Shown in pieces: positions 1 through 9,671 of a stretch of 64,000 bases of DNA (position 1 is the first letter of the stretch; each line of letters starts with the position of its first letter). This stretch comes from an uncultured Mycoplasmatota bacterium (GTDB lineage Bacteria; Bacillota_I; Bacilli_A; RF39; UBA660): contig CAMIXH010000002.1 of assembly GCA_946402735.1 (NCBI GenBank), positions 310,080 to 374,079 on the forward strand, in the 5' to 3' direction. The notes below the pieces were generated by a model. The model was not told the origin of the DNA. It saw only the letters and a program-made list of their open reading frames with translations, and did not search any database. A program made the translations under genes and the position numbers.

Positions 1-917
1 TCATCTTGACTAACTTTTAATGCTTCCATTTTCTTTTCTATCTCTTTAACCTTAGTTTTACTAGATTCATCATTTTCTTTCTTTAATGCTTGATTTTCTA
101 TTTCAAGAGTCATTAATTCTCTATTTATTTTATCTAAATCAGCTGGTACAGAATTCATTTGCATCTTAATAGTAGCACATGCTTCATCTACAAGGTCTAT
201 TGCTTTATCTGGTAAAAATCTATCAGTTATATATCTATCTGATAAGTTAACTGCTGCAACTAATGCATTATCACGAATAGTAACACCATGGTATATTTCA
301 AATCTTTCTTTTAAACCTCTTAGTATTGTTAATGTATCAATAACACTAGGTTCTTTTACCATTACTTTTTGAAGTCTTCTTTCTAGTGCTCCATCTTTTT
401 CTATATACTCTCTATATTCATTTAGAGTTGTTGCTCCGATTAATCTTATTTCTGCACGAGCAAGCATTGGTTTTAACATATTACCAACATTCATAGCACT
501 ATTAGAACCAGCTCCTACTATCATATGTATTTCATCAATAAACATTATGATTTGTCCATCTGATTCACTAACTTCTTTTAATACTGCTTTAAATCTTTCT
601 TCAAATTCACCTTGATATTTAGCACCGGCGATTAGAGCACTTAAATCTAGTTCCCATATTCTTTTATCTTTCAAATCATCTGGAACATCTCCTCTAATGA
701 TTCTTTGTGCTAAGCCTTCTACAATAGCAGTTTTACCTACACCTGGTTCACCTATTAATACTGGATTATTCTTAGTTTTACGAGATAAAATTCTAATAAC
801 ATTTCTAATTTCTTCATCTCTTCCAATAATAGGATCAATCTTATTATCTTTAGCAGCAGAAGTAATATCTCTACCAAATTTTTCTAAAGGATTTTCAATC
901 TCTTCTTGTGGATACAT
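1..917 (-). CDS. clpB: ClpB-type AAA+ disaggregase. The 5' part of the gene is in the window and it continues past the left edge. It lacks the usual N-domain.
   Basis: My own translation of the - strand from ATG 917..915, with SD AAGGAGG upstream, gives [73 protein letters not shown]...[12 protein letters not shown]..., followed by a coiled-coil M-domain. The motif order matches ClpB NBD1. The ORF is absent from the track because it is open at the window edge. Confidence 0.9.
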   Translation of the reverse strand, partial: MYPQEEIENPLEKFGRDITSAAKDNKIDPIIGRDEEIRNVIRILSRKTKNNPVLIGEPGVGKTAIVEGLAQRIIRGDVPDDLKDKRIWELDLSALIAGAKYQGEFEERFKAVLKEVSESDGQIIMFIDEIHMIVGAGSNSAMNVGNMLKPMLARAEIRLIGATTLNEYREYIEKDGALERRLQKVMVKEPSVIDTLTILRGLKERFEIYHGVTIRDNALVAAVNLSDRYITDRFLPDKAIDLVDEACATIKMQMNSVPADLDKINRELMTLEIENQALKKENDESSKTKVKEIEKKMEALKVSQD

Positions 918-945
918 ATATATACACCTCCTTTTAACCAGATAT

Positions 946-974
946 ATTATACAATAAAAATTAGCACTCGTCAA
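946..974 (-). promoter_or_regulatory. Sigma-A type promoter of clpB
   Basis: The - strand reads TTGACG (974..969), a 17-nt spacer, then TG-n-TATAAT (953..946). The ATG lies about 30 nt downstream. Confidence 0.6.
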
Positions 975-987
975 TAGCGAGTGCTAA
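961..987 (-). promoter_or_regulatory. CIRCE operator (HrcA binding site) overlapping the clpB -35 region
   Basis: TTAGCACTC-gtcaatagc-GAGTGCTAA is a perfect match to the CIRCE consensus TTAGCACTC-N9-GAGTGCTAA. Confidence 0.85.
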
Positions 988-1002
988 TAATATAATTTTA
1001 TC

Positions 1003-1899
1003 TTAATTTCCTACTTTTTCATAATCAGGAACACCATATGCATATAAATATGGATGACCTATTGGATACTCTTTTCTCTTAACATAATCAGAGTTTGCAT
1101 TTCCTTCAATAGTATATACTATTCCATTTTCTACTTTTTCAACAATACCAACATGATCAACTAAATAATCACTTGGAAAATCAAAGAATACTATATCACC
1201 TGGTTTAGGAGTATATTTAGAAGCATATTTAAATTGATTTTTACTCTTGAAGTAATTAATACCCTGACTAACAGCAGTAAACTTAGGAATATGTGTATTT
1301 AATAAACTAGTTTCATTACCAAGCCAACTAACAAATACACAACACCATTCCATTCTTCTCTTGAATCCCATCCAACCCCAATATCTACTTCCATGAACGC
1401 CAACTTGTTTTTGAGCAAGTTTAACTATTTCATTTCTTAGAGTTTCTTCTCTATTTAGTTTTTTATTTATTTTAGCTATACTTATATTTTTAAGATTCCA
1501 ATTTTTATTTAATAGTATTTTTACTTTAACATCTTTTTCAATTTCAAATACATCTTTAAATAATTCTCTAGCTTCTTCTCTTTTATATTTTATTTCTAAT
1601 ACTTTATATTCATTTTCATCATATAATTTTATATTTTGATCTTTATAATACTTATCAATAATATCATTATATATTTTAGATAAACTATCTCCATAATCTA
1701 TAAAACCATTTATTTCTTCTAAAAACAAATTAGCCATAGCATAATTAACATATATAGTATTTCCTTTCATACTAATCATTTGTTCATAATCTTTTTCATT
1801 ATAAGAAACAGACGTAGGAAAGAACATACTATCAACTATAAGATATGTTAATAATATTGAAGTTAAAGCAATTACTAATCTAAATAATTTCTTTTTCAT
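1003..1899 (-). CDS. Membrane-anchored CHAP / NlpC-P60-type peptidoglycan hydrolase
   Basis: There is an N-terminal TM helix. The C-terminal domain has a Cys...His signature: YWGWMGFKRRMEWCCVFVSW ... PGDIVFFDF...DHVGIVEKV..YTIEGN. Confidence 0.7.
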   Translation of the reverse strand: MKKKLFRLVIALTSILLTYLIVDSMFFPTSVSYNEKDYEQMISMKGNTIYVNYAMANLFLEEINGFIDYGDSLSKIYNDIIDKYYKDQNIKLYDENEYKVLEIKYKREEARELFKDVFEIEKDVKVKILLNKNWNLKNISIAKINKKLNREETLRNEIVKLAQKQVGVHGSRYWGWMGFKRRMEWCCVFVSWLGNETSLLNTHIPKFTAVSQGINYFKSKNQFKYASKYTPKPGDIVFFDFPSDYLVDHVGIVEKVENGIVYTIEGNANSDYVKRKEYPIGHPYLYAYGVPDYEKVGN

Positions 1900-2602
1900 A
1901 AGCCTTTTTCCTTTTCCTTCTTACTATTAATATAACAATGAATATAATTATTATAATGATATCAAATATTATTAAACCAAGTGATATATATGATTTAACA
2001 TTTTGAAAAGTGAATTTAAAATTAATGGCTTTACTTTCACCATTTTTAATATTCCATACTAAAGTTTTACCATCATTTAATACAGTATCTGCATTAGATG
2101 ATAAAGCTTTTACTGGTAAATTAACAGTAAAAGTATTTTCAAAATCTACATTTTCATAATTATATTTATCATTTAAATTATATAAAAAATTAGCATTATA
2201 AATACCATTCTTTTTAGTAAACAATTTAGTATTTACTATAGAATTCTTATTTAATATAACAGCTACATTACTATCAGTAGTTACTTCTTCTAAATTATCT
2301 ACTTCATATAAATATTCATTTCCTACATACTCTTCATCTTTATATTCAGTCTTAATAAAACCATCTAGATAATCATCTTTTAAATTCTTACTAACATAAT
2401 CTCCAATATCTTCATTTTTAGTTGTTTTTATTATATTAGTTTTTACTAATGATTCAACTAATGATTTATCTAATGCTATTAAAACATTATATTTAACTTT
2501 ACCATTTTCATCTATAGTAAGAGTATTCTCATTCTTAACAGAACAAGCACATAGTATAAAACAAACAATTATAAGAATTATCTTTTTTAATGTTACTTTC
2601 AT
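1880..2602 (-). CDS. Lipoprotein with a C-terminal TM anchor (LppM/DUF3153-like); paralog of 12047..13477
   Basis: The signal and lipobox are FILCAC|S, and a C-terminal TM helix is followed by RRKRKK. Segment NLPVKALSSNADTVLNDGKTLVWNIKNGESKAINFKF aligns with the second copy. Confidence 0.5.
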   Translation of the reverse strand: MKVTLKKIILIIVCFILCACSVKNENTLTIDENGKVKYNVLIALDKSLVESLVKTNIIKTTKNEDIGDYVSKNLKDDYLDGFIKTEYKDEEYVGNEYLYEVDNLEEVTTDSNVAVILNKNSIVNTKLFTKKNGIYNANFLYNLNDKYNYENVDFENTFTVNLPVKALSSNADTVLNDGKTLVWNIKNGESKAINFKFTFQNVKSYISLGLIIFDIIIIIIFIVILIVRRKRKKAYEKEII

Positions 2603-2646
2603 TCTACTTCCCTCTACTATAAAACATTATATCATAAAAAAAGAGA

Positions 2647-3708
2647 TTATTCATCTCTTCCCATACTTAAGCCTATATAGTCCTTAATTAGATTCTTAAA
2701 TAATTCTTTAGTTTCATTATCTATATTTTTAATATTTTCAATCAAATGATGTAATTTTAGAACATTACTTACTTCTTTTAAACTCTTTATTTCAGCTTTC
2801 TCAATAGCAGTAAATAACTCAGTTACTGCTTTATCTTTTTCTAAATCAGAATGATTCATTAACCAAGATATTATATTCTTTTCTAGTTTCTTACTTTTAG
2901 AAGATAAGCTTCCTTCTTTAAAGTGATCATCCTCTATTAACCAAGTTGTTGCTTCATGTGCCATAATAGATTCTTTAGTAGCTTTAACTACATTATAAAT
3001 ATCATTTCTAAGAAGAACACCAACAACACTATACTCTGGTATTATATGAACTAATTTTCTTTTAATTCTTCTATATTCACTTGAAGTAAATTCTCTTAAT
3101 CTTAAACCTGGTCCATCATTACTATAAATTTTCTTTAATCTAAATTGTTTTAATGGTTTAAGATACATACCTGCTACTAATGCTAGATTACCACCTTTAG
3201 AATGTCCTCCTAATATTATATTAGGTCCAAATATTTTAATATGTTTATTTGCATAATCAATAGCATCTCTTTGAGCGGGTACTGGAAATACACAAGATAA
3301 ATATAAGTTTTCTTTCCATCCACTTATTAATTCATCTGTTCCTTCATAACTAATATATTCTAAATTATCATTTATTCTAAACATAACAGCACTAAACTGT
3401 TTATTAATATTAGCTCTATATACATAATCATGCATAATAATATTTTTATATCTTTTAGTTTTAATAATTTTTTCTATTAATTTATATGCATCTTTTTGAG
3501 CAATACCACGTTTTCTTTCATTTAAAAGAGTATGTGATTTTAAATATTCTTTTCCAATAAACTCAATAGTATGGTCTCTAAGAACAATACTAGTATCATT
3601 ATAATCAAGATAAATAAGCATAGAAAAAACTAAATTATCTACATCATTAAATGGTTTTTCTTCAAAAGTATAATTACCATATTTTTCTACAAAATCATAT
3701 ACATTCAT
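2647..3708 (-). CDS. Alpha/beta hydrolase, DUF2974 (Mbeg1-like) lipase-like protein
   Basis: A nucleophile elbow GGHSKGGNLA is present, and size and layout are typical of DUF2974. Confidence 0.6.
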   Translation of the reverse strand: MNVYDFVEKYGNYTFEEKPFNDVDNLVFSMLIYLDYNDTSIVLRDHTIEFIGKEYLKSHTLLNERKRGIAQKDAYKLIEKIIKTKRYKNIIMHDYVYRANINKQFSAVMFRINDNLEYISYEGTDELISGWKENLYLSCVFPVPAQRDAIDYANKHIKIFGPNIILGGHSKGGNLALVAGMYLKPLKQFRLKKIYSNDGPGLRLREFTSSEYRRIKRKLVHIIPEYSVVGVLLRNDIYNVVKATKESIMAHEATTWLIEDDHFKEGSLSSKSKKLEKNIISWLMNHSDLEKDKAVTELFTAIEKAEIKSLKEVSNVLKLHHLIENIKNIDNETKELFKNLIKDYIGLSMGRDE

Positions 3709-3737
3709 ATTATTTACCTCACATTAATTATAACATA

Positions 3738-5153
3738 CTATTTTCTAAAATCACTAAACAAAACTATTAATGGGAATATTTCAAGTCTACCAAGTAACAT
3801 ACCAATAGAAAGAGCTATTTTAGATAATGAACTAAAATCAGCATAATTATATATATTAAAACATAAACCAGTATTAGCAAAAGTACTAAATACAGAGTTT
3901 AAAGTAACATCAAAATTAAATCCATTCAAACTTACTATAAACATTATTACAACAATAAATGTAGCATATAAGAATAAGAATGTATTATTACTATTAATAG
4001 CTTCTTCACTAACTACTTTTTTATCATATTTAATAACATGTACACTATTTGGATGTATTATTTTTAATATATCTCTTTTAATTGTTTTAAACATAAGAAT
4101 TAATCTTGATACTTTAAACCCACCACAAGTACTACCTCCACATGCACTAACAAGCATTAAGAATAAAAGTAGTACTCTACATGAAGATGGATATACATTA
4201 ACATTACTAATAGAAAAACCAGTACTTGTCATTATAGATACAGTATGGAATACTGAATTTAATAATCCACTAGCAATACTTGAATATAATTTATATGTCT
4301 CTAAAAATACAAATAGAATTGAAACTATTGTTAGGCATACATATACTCTAAACTCTTCACTCTTAAATGCACTTTTGAATTTCTTTATAACAAGTAAGAA
4401 AAATATATTAAAGTTAACACCACTTAAAAACATGAAGATTGCCACTATTAATTTTGCATATGGATTTATAGTAGCTAGACTATTATTCATAAATGTTAAT
4501 CCACCAGTTGAAACAGTAGACATTGTGATTAGAGTACTATGAAAGAAATCTACTCCAGTTAATCCTAATGATATTATTTCTGTTAAAGTTAGTCCAAAAT
4601 ATATTAAATATAAATATACTAACATTCTCTTAGTACTAGATACCATCTTTTCACTATTATTACCAGGCATCTCTGCATTTAATAAATACATAGATTTATC
4701 TTTTTTAGATAAAGGTATAACAGCCATAACAAATGTAATAATACCCATACCACCTATAAAATGCATAAAACTTCTATAAAACAAAACTGATTGAGGTAAA
4801 CTCTCTACATCACCAAATACAGTTGATCCAGTAGTAGTAAGAGCAGATATTGCTTCAAATAATCCACTAACAAAATCAGTATGATGTCCAAAGAATAATG
4901 GTAAAGATGCAAATAATGATATTAATATCCATGATAAAGATACAATAATAAATCCATCTTTAGCATATAAATATTGACTATCAACTTTAATTCTACTTAG
5001 TAATAAACCAACTATAAAACACATTATAGATGGTAATAAAAATGGTAATACATTTTCTTTAAATATTAAACTTACTATCATTGGAAGAATCATTAAAATA
5101 GAAAAAGTAATTAATACTTTACCAACATATTTATATATTATTCTATTCTTCAT
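3738..5153 (-). CDS. trkH: Potassium uptake membrane subunit TrkH/KtrB family
   Basis: A 471-aa polytopic membrane protein with repeated pore-loop-like TTTGSTV / STGG / TSTGFS motifs, located directly downstream of trkA. Confidence 0.85.
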   Translation of the reverse strand: MKNRIIYKYVGKVLITFSILMILPMIVSLIFKENVLPFLLPSIMCFIVGLLLSRIKVDSQYLYAKDGFIIVSLSWILISLFASLPLFFGHHTDFVSGLFEAISALTTTGSTVFGDVESLPQSVLFYRSFMHFIGGMGIITFVMAVIPLSKKDKSMYLLNAEMPGNNSEKMVSSTKRMLVYLYLIYFGLTLTEIISLGLTGVDFFHSTLITMSTVSTGGLTFMNNSLATINPYAKLIVAIFMFLSGVNFNIFFLLVIKKFKSAFKSEEFRVYVCLTIVSILFVFLETYKLYSSIASGLLNSVFHTVSIMTSTGFSISNVNVYPSSCRVLLLFLMLVSACGGSTCGGFKVSRLILMFKTIKRDILKIIHPNSVHVIKYDKKVVSEEAINSNNTFLFLYATFIVVIMFIVSLNGFNFDVTLNSVFSTFANTGLCFNIYNYADFSSLSKIALSIGMLLGRLEIFPLIVLFSDFRK

Positions 5154-5156
5154 GAT

Positions 5157-6512
5157 CTACTCCAATATGTCATTTATATCTTTTAATTCTAGAGTATTAT
5201 CAATTAATACAACTGTATCATTTTCTTTAATAACAGTATTACCATTAGGAATAATAATATTCTTTCCTCTTTGAATAGCTATTATTAATACATCTTCTCT
5301 TATATTTAAATCTTTTAATTTAGTATTAGTCTTTTTAAAGTCATCTTTTAATACAAATTCTTGTATTACTACTTGATCATCATCAAATGTATATATTGCT
5401 TCACAACTACTCTTTTTACTATTCTCAAGAGCTCTTACAAATTGAACAATATTATCAGTAGCAATTCTATGTGGAGTAATAACAGTATCAATATTAGCTG
5501 CTTCAATAACTCCATCTAAATCTATATGATTAACTTTAGTAATAATACGAGGTACTTTTCTTAGAGATGCAAACATAGAATAAACTATATTTTCTTCATC
5601 TATACTAGTAAGTGATATAAATGCATCTGCTTCTTCAATACCTTCTTCATATAATATATTTTGATTAGAAATATCTCCATTAATAATTAATGTTTTATCT
5701 AATAATTCACTTAATTCTTTACATCTATCTGGATTAATTTCTATTATTTTAACTTTTATTTTCATATCAGTTAAAAATCTTGCTAAATATACACTAGTAG
5801 TACTACCACCAGCTATTATTACTTTTTTAGTTTTATTACTAATTAAATCAGCATAATCTAAAAATTCTCTTATATCTTTAATAGTACCAACTACATTAAT
5901 CTTATCTCCTGCTTTTAATTTAAATTTTCCTTTAGGAATAATAATTACTCCGTCTCTTAAAACAGCACATACTATTACACTAGCACTATTTTTTCTATCT
6001 AAAGCACTAAGACTCATTCCATCTAAAACACTACCTTCTTTAACTTTCAAAGATATCATTTGTAGTCTTCCTCTTAAGAAAGTAGTTGTTTCTAGTGCAC
6101 TAGGTATACTAAGAGCTTTTGCTATATTTAATGCAGTTAAATACTCAGGATTAATTATATATGATAATCCAATTTCTTTCTTCAATAAAAAAGCTGAATC
6201 ATTATTATCTCTATTTCTAATTCTAGCTATTGTATGTTTAGAACCCATCTTTTTAGCTAGTAATGAACACATAATATTCTTTTCATCACTATCCATTACT
6301 GAGATAGTTAAATCACTTTTTTCTACTCCTGCTTCACTTAATATTTCACTATTTAGACCATTACCAGTTATATATTTAACATCTTCATTACTAATAAATG
6401 TTCTACTAGTAGTAAAATCTAAATCAACAAGAGTTACATCATTACCATCTCTAACTAAACTCTTTGATAAGTATTCACCAAGTTTTCCAATTCCAACAAC
6501 TATTATTTTCAT
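5157..6512 (-). CDS. trkA: Potassium uptake protein TrkA (double RCK/NAD-binding)
   Basis: It has two Rossmann starts (MKIIVVGIGKLG and KKVIIAGGSTTS) and RCK_C-like segments, and lies 4 nt upstream of trkH. Confidence 0.85.
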   Translation of the reverse strand: MKIIVVGIGKLGEYLSKSLVRDGNDVTLVDLDFTTSRTFISNEDVKYITGNGLNSEILSEAGVEKSDLTISVMDSDEKNIMCSLLAKKMGSKHTIARIRNRDNNDSAFLLKKEIGLSYIINPEYLTALNIAKALSIPSALETTTFLRGRLQMISLKVKEGSVLDGMSLSALDRKNSASVIVCAVLRDGVIIIPKGKFKLKAGDKINVVGTIKDIREFLDYADLISNKTKKVIIAGGSTTSVYLARFLTDMKIKVKIIEINPDRCKELSELLDKTLIINGDISNQNILYEEGIEEADAFISLTSIDEENIVYSMFASLRKVPRIITKVNHIDLDGVIEAANIDTVITPHRIATDNIVQFVRALENSKKSSCEAIYTFDDDQVVIQEFVLKDDFKKTNTKLKDLNIREDVLIIAIQRGKNIIIPNGNTVIKENDTVVLIDNTLELKDINDILE

Positions 6513-6569
6513 AATATTACCTCTTCAATATTCTATCATAAATAAAAAAGAATTAAAAACAATTCTTTT

Positions 6570-9500
6570 TTATATTTCTTTAATTATACCATCCATTATT
6601 GAATATAGATACACATTTATTTTCTTATTAGATTTAGTACTAATATAATTCCTATATCCATTTAATTGATCAATATATTTTTCATCACTAATACTCTTTA
6701 ATTTATAGTCAATTATATCAATATGATCATCATATTCAAGCATTAAATCAATAACACCATTTAATATATTATTATCACTCATATAACTAAATTCATATTC
6801 TTTATATATTTTAGCATTCTTAATATTTTTGAATAATTCACTATTCATTAAATTATTAATCTTATCTCTAATAAACTTATCTTCAATAATAGATTCATCA
6901 TAATTCTTAAAATCAGTATATTCAAGTATTTCATGTACTTTAGTACCATACTTCATTTGTCTATATTCTTTTTCACCAATTAGACCTTTTACTTCTTTAG
7001 AAAAATGACTATTATCCACTTTTTCATTAGTGATATTTATCTCATTTACTTCAAAATCAGAAGTAGTACTCTTTAATTTAGAATTAATTTCTTTCTTGAA
7101 TAAATAATTCTTAGTAAGATTTAATTCATCAAGATTAATACTTTCAAAATAATCACTTAAATAATCTTTAATATAATAGATATAATCAGATAATCTAGAT
7201 ATATCAAGTCTTCTAATTCTATCAATTATTCCATTTTCATCTAATTCTAATTTCTTAGTATCTTTATATGGAAGAACAATAATAATCTTTTCTCTTGATC
7301 TTGTTAAAGCTACATATAATAGTCTTAAACGTTCACTTATTTCTTCTTTTATATAATCATATTTATATAATTCTTTTATAACACTAGGACTATCATCTTT
7401 AGGAATAATTAATCCATAATCATTTGATACGATAAATTCATCTGTTAAATCTCTTAAATTAAATTCATGATCTAAATCAGCAAAATAACATATTGGAAAT
7501 TCAAGACCCTTAGATTTATGAATAGTCATTATTTTAACTGAATCACTATTACTCTTATAACTATTATATGTAATATCAATACCACTTTTAATTAAGTCAT
7601 CCAAATACATTCCAAAATCACTAATATCATAACCTAGTTCATTAATATTAACAGAAATATTATATAAAGTATTAAGTCTTACATTAATATCTTCATATTC
7701 ACCAACTTTATAAATCTTCTTATAAAAATCAGTTACTTCTAATATACGTTCTAATATGTTAGATGATGTCATACTATTAATATTATCAATAGTACTTAAT
7801 TTTTTATAAATACTAGTATCTTTAAATGTATTATTCTTAAATATTTCAAATATTTCACTATCAGAATATTCATATAAGAAACTTCTAGCTATACTTATAA
7901 AATCATATTTAAATTCAACACCAATATCTTCATTATTAATTCTAATAACTATATCAATTAGGTTCTTTAATAATAGAATATCTTGATTAGTATTTAATTC
8001 TTCATCCTTAAGAACAGTTAGGGGTACTCCAAAATATTCAAATACTTTTTTATAATCAGTGAAACATTTACCTCTATCAAGAATAATAACAAAATCATTA
8101 TATGTAATATCTCTTAAAGTATTAGTTTCTTTATCAAATACTTTCATATGAGAATTCATTTTACTCTTAATATCATTTACTATCTTAAATATTTCTATTT
8201 CACTATTAGTAAATCCTGGAGTATCATTTTCATATTCATAAATATCTATATCATATTTAAAGTCTTTTACTCTTTCAGTGTCATAGCTAATATTACCATA
8301 TACCATTTCATGACTTACTTTATAATCTGCTCCACCTATTTCACTATCCATTAATAATTCAAATATTCTATTGATATTGTTAAGTACTTCATCTCTACTT
8401 CTAAAGTTCTTAATTAAATCAATCTTAATACCACCATTATTTGATGAATATAAGTCATATTTTTCTTTAAATATATTTGGATTAGATCCTCTAAATTTAT
8501 AAATTGATTGTTTAATATCACCAACCATATATACATTATTATTACTAATTAAACTAATAAATATATCTTGTACGTCATTAGTATCTTGATATTCATCAAT
8601 CATTATTTCTTTAAATGAATCCCTTAACTCTTCACGTACACTTTTATTTTCTTTTAATATCTTAATAGATAAACTAGCTACATCATTAAATGTATATATA
8701 TTATTCTTACGTTTATAATCATTTAATCTGTTAATAAACTCTTCTACTATATCAATAATAGTATTAATATCATCTTTAGTATCTAAAATAGATTTTCTAA
8801 TATCATCATAACTACCATATTCACCTAAAGATAATAATGAATCTATCTTATTCTTTAATGACTTTTTAGCATCTTTTGCTTCCTCAGAAGAACCTCTTGG
8901 GGCATTAGGCATATTAACACTCTTATATAAGTATAAATCATTATTATCACAGTTTAATAGGCTATCTAAAGAGCTTTCTACAAGTGACACATAGTCACTT
9001 TCAAAATAATAATTTAAATTATCTAGTTCTAATCTAATAATACTTTTCTTTTCATTAATTAGATTATCAAAATCACTAATTATTTTATTAATATTAGATT
9101 CACTATAGTACTCTTCTCTAATAAACCTGATATATTCTTCTTTATTAATATTACTATTAATTTGAAGAGCTATTTTTAAAACGTTTTCTCTAATTCTATA
9201 ATCATTCTTAACACAATTATTATTAATTAAATTAATAAAGTTTTCTTTTCTTTCACTATATAGTTCTTCAAATATTTCATCTATAATCTTTTCTTCTTCT
9301 ATTTGTACTATAGATTCATCAGTTATTGATATATTATTATCTACATTTAATAAATAATGGTATCTTTTTAATACTGATAATGCAAAAGAATCAAATGTTG
9401 TTATATACGAAGATGATAATAGATCAAGTTCACTTTTTAATTCTGCATTCTTTGCTATTTTCTTTCTAATTCTATCTTTCATTTCAGCAGCAGCTGCATT

Positions 9501-9671
9501 TGTGAATGTCAAAATAAGTAGTTCATTAATATGAATACCACTTTCAAGTTTATTAATTACTCTTTCAGATAATACAGCTGTTTTACCACTACCAGCACCA
9601 GCAGATACTATTATATTAGTTCCACTTTCTTTAATCGCAAGTTCTTGTTCAGGCGTCCATTTACTCATCAT
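6570..9671 (-). CDS. addA: ATP-dependent helicase/nuclease subunit A (AddA/RexA)
   Basis: UvrD-type motifs are present: SAGAGSGKT, LTFTNAAA, DEYQDT, GDIKQSIYKFRG, TIHKSKGLEF, YVALTRS. The C-terminal nuclease motif is GVIDLM..DIIDYK. The start is ambiguous among ATGs at 9674, 9671 and 9668, just after GGGGG. The gene overlaps the addB stop. Confidence 0.9.
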   Translation of the reverse strand: MMSKWTPEQELAIKESGTNIIVSAGAGSGKTAVLSERVINKLESGIHINELLILTFTNAAAAEMKDRIRKKIAKNAELKSELDLLSSSYITTFDSFALSVLKRYHYLLNVDNNISITDESIVQIEEEKIIDEIFEELYSERKENFINLINNNCVKNDYRIRENVLKIALQINSNINKEEYIRFIREEYYSESNINKIISDFDNLINEKKSIIRLELDNLNYYFESDYVSLVESSLDSLLNCDNNDLYLYKSVNMPNAPRGSSEEAKDAKKSLKNKIDSLLSLGEYGSYDDIRKSILDTKDDINTIIDIVEEFINRLNDYKRKNNIYTFNDVASLSIKILKENKSVREELRDSFKEIMIDEYQDTNDVQDIFISLISNNNVYMVGDIKQSIYKFRGSNPNIFKEKYDLYSSNNGGIKIDLIKNFRSRDEVLNNINRIFELLMDSEIGGADYKVSHEMVYGNISYDTERVKDFKYDIDIYEYENDTPGFTNSEIEIFKIVNDIKSKMNSHMKVFDKETNTLRDITYNDFVIILDRGKCFTDYKKVFEYFGVPLTVLKDEELNTNQDILLLKNLIDIVIRINNEDIGVEFKYDFISIARSFLYEYSDSEIFEIFKNNTFKDTSIYKKLSTIDNINSMTSSNILERILEVTDFYKKIYKVGEYEDINVRLNTLYNISVNINELGYDISDFGMYLDDLIKSGIDITYNSYKSNSDSVKIMTIHKSKGLEFPICYFADLDHEFNLRDLTDEFIVSNDYGLIIPKDDSPSVIKELYKYDYIKEEISERLRLLYVALTRSREKIIIVLPYKDTKKLELDENGIIDRIRRLDISRLSDYIYYIKDYLSDYFESINLDELNLTKNYLFKKEINSKLKSTTSDFEVNEINITNEKVDNSHFSKEVKGLIGEKEYRQMKYGTKVHEILEYTDFKNYDESIIEDKFIRDKINNLMNSELFKNIKNAKIYKEYEFSYMSDNNILNGVIDLMLEYDDHIDIIDYKLKSISDEKYIDQLNGYRNYISTKSNKKINVYLYSIMDGIIKEI

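Noticed and set aside
697-957. An 86-aa + strand ORF listed in the track at the left end of the window.
   Set aside because: It is antisense to the clearly recognisable clpB reading frame on the - strand (Walker A GEPGVGKT lies opposite it). It has no SD. It is a typical shadow ORF in AT-rich DNA.
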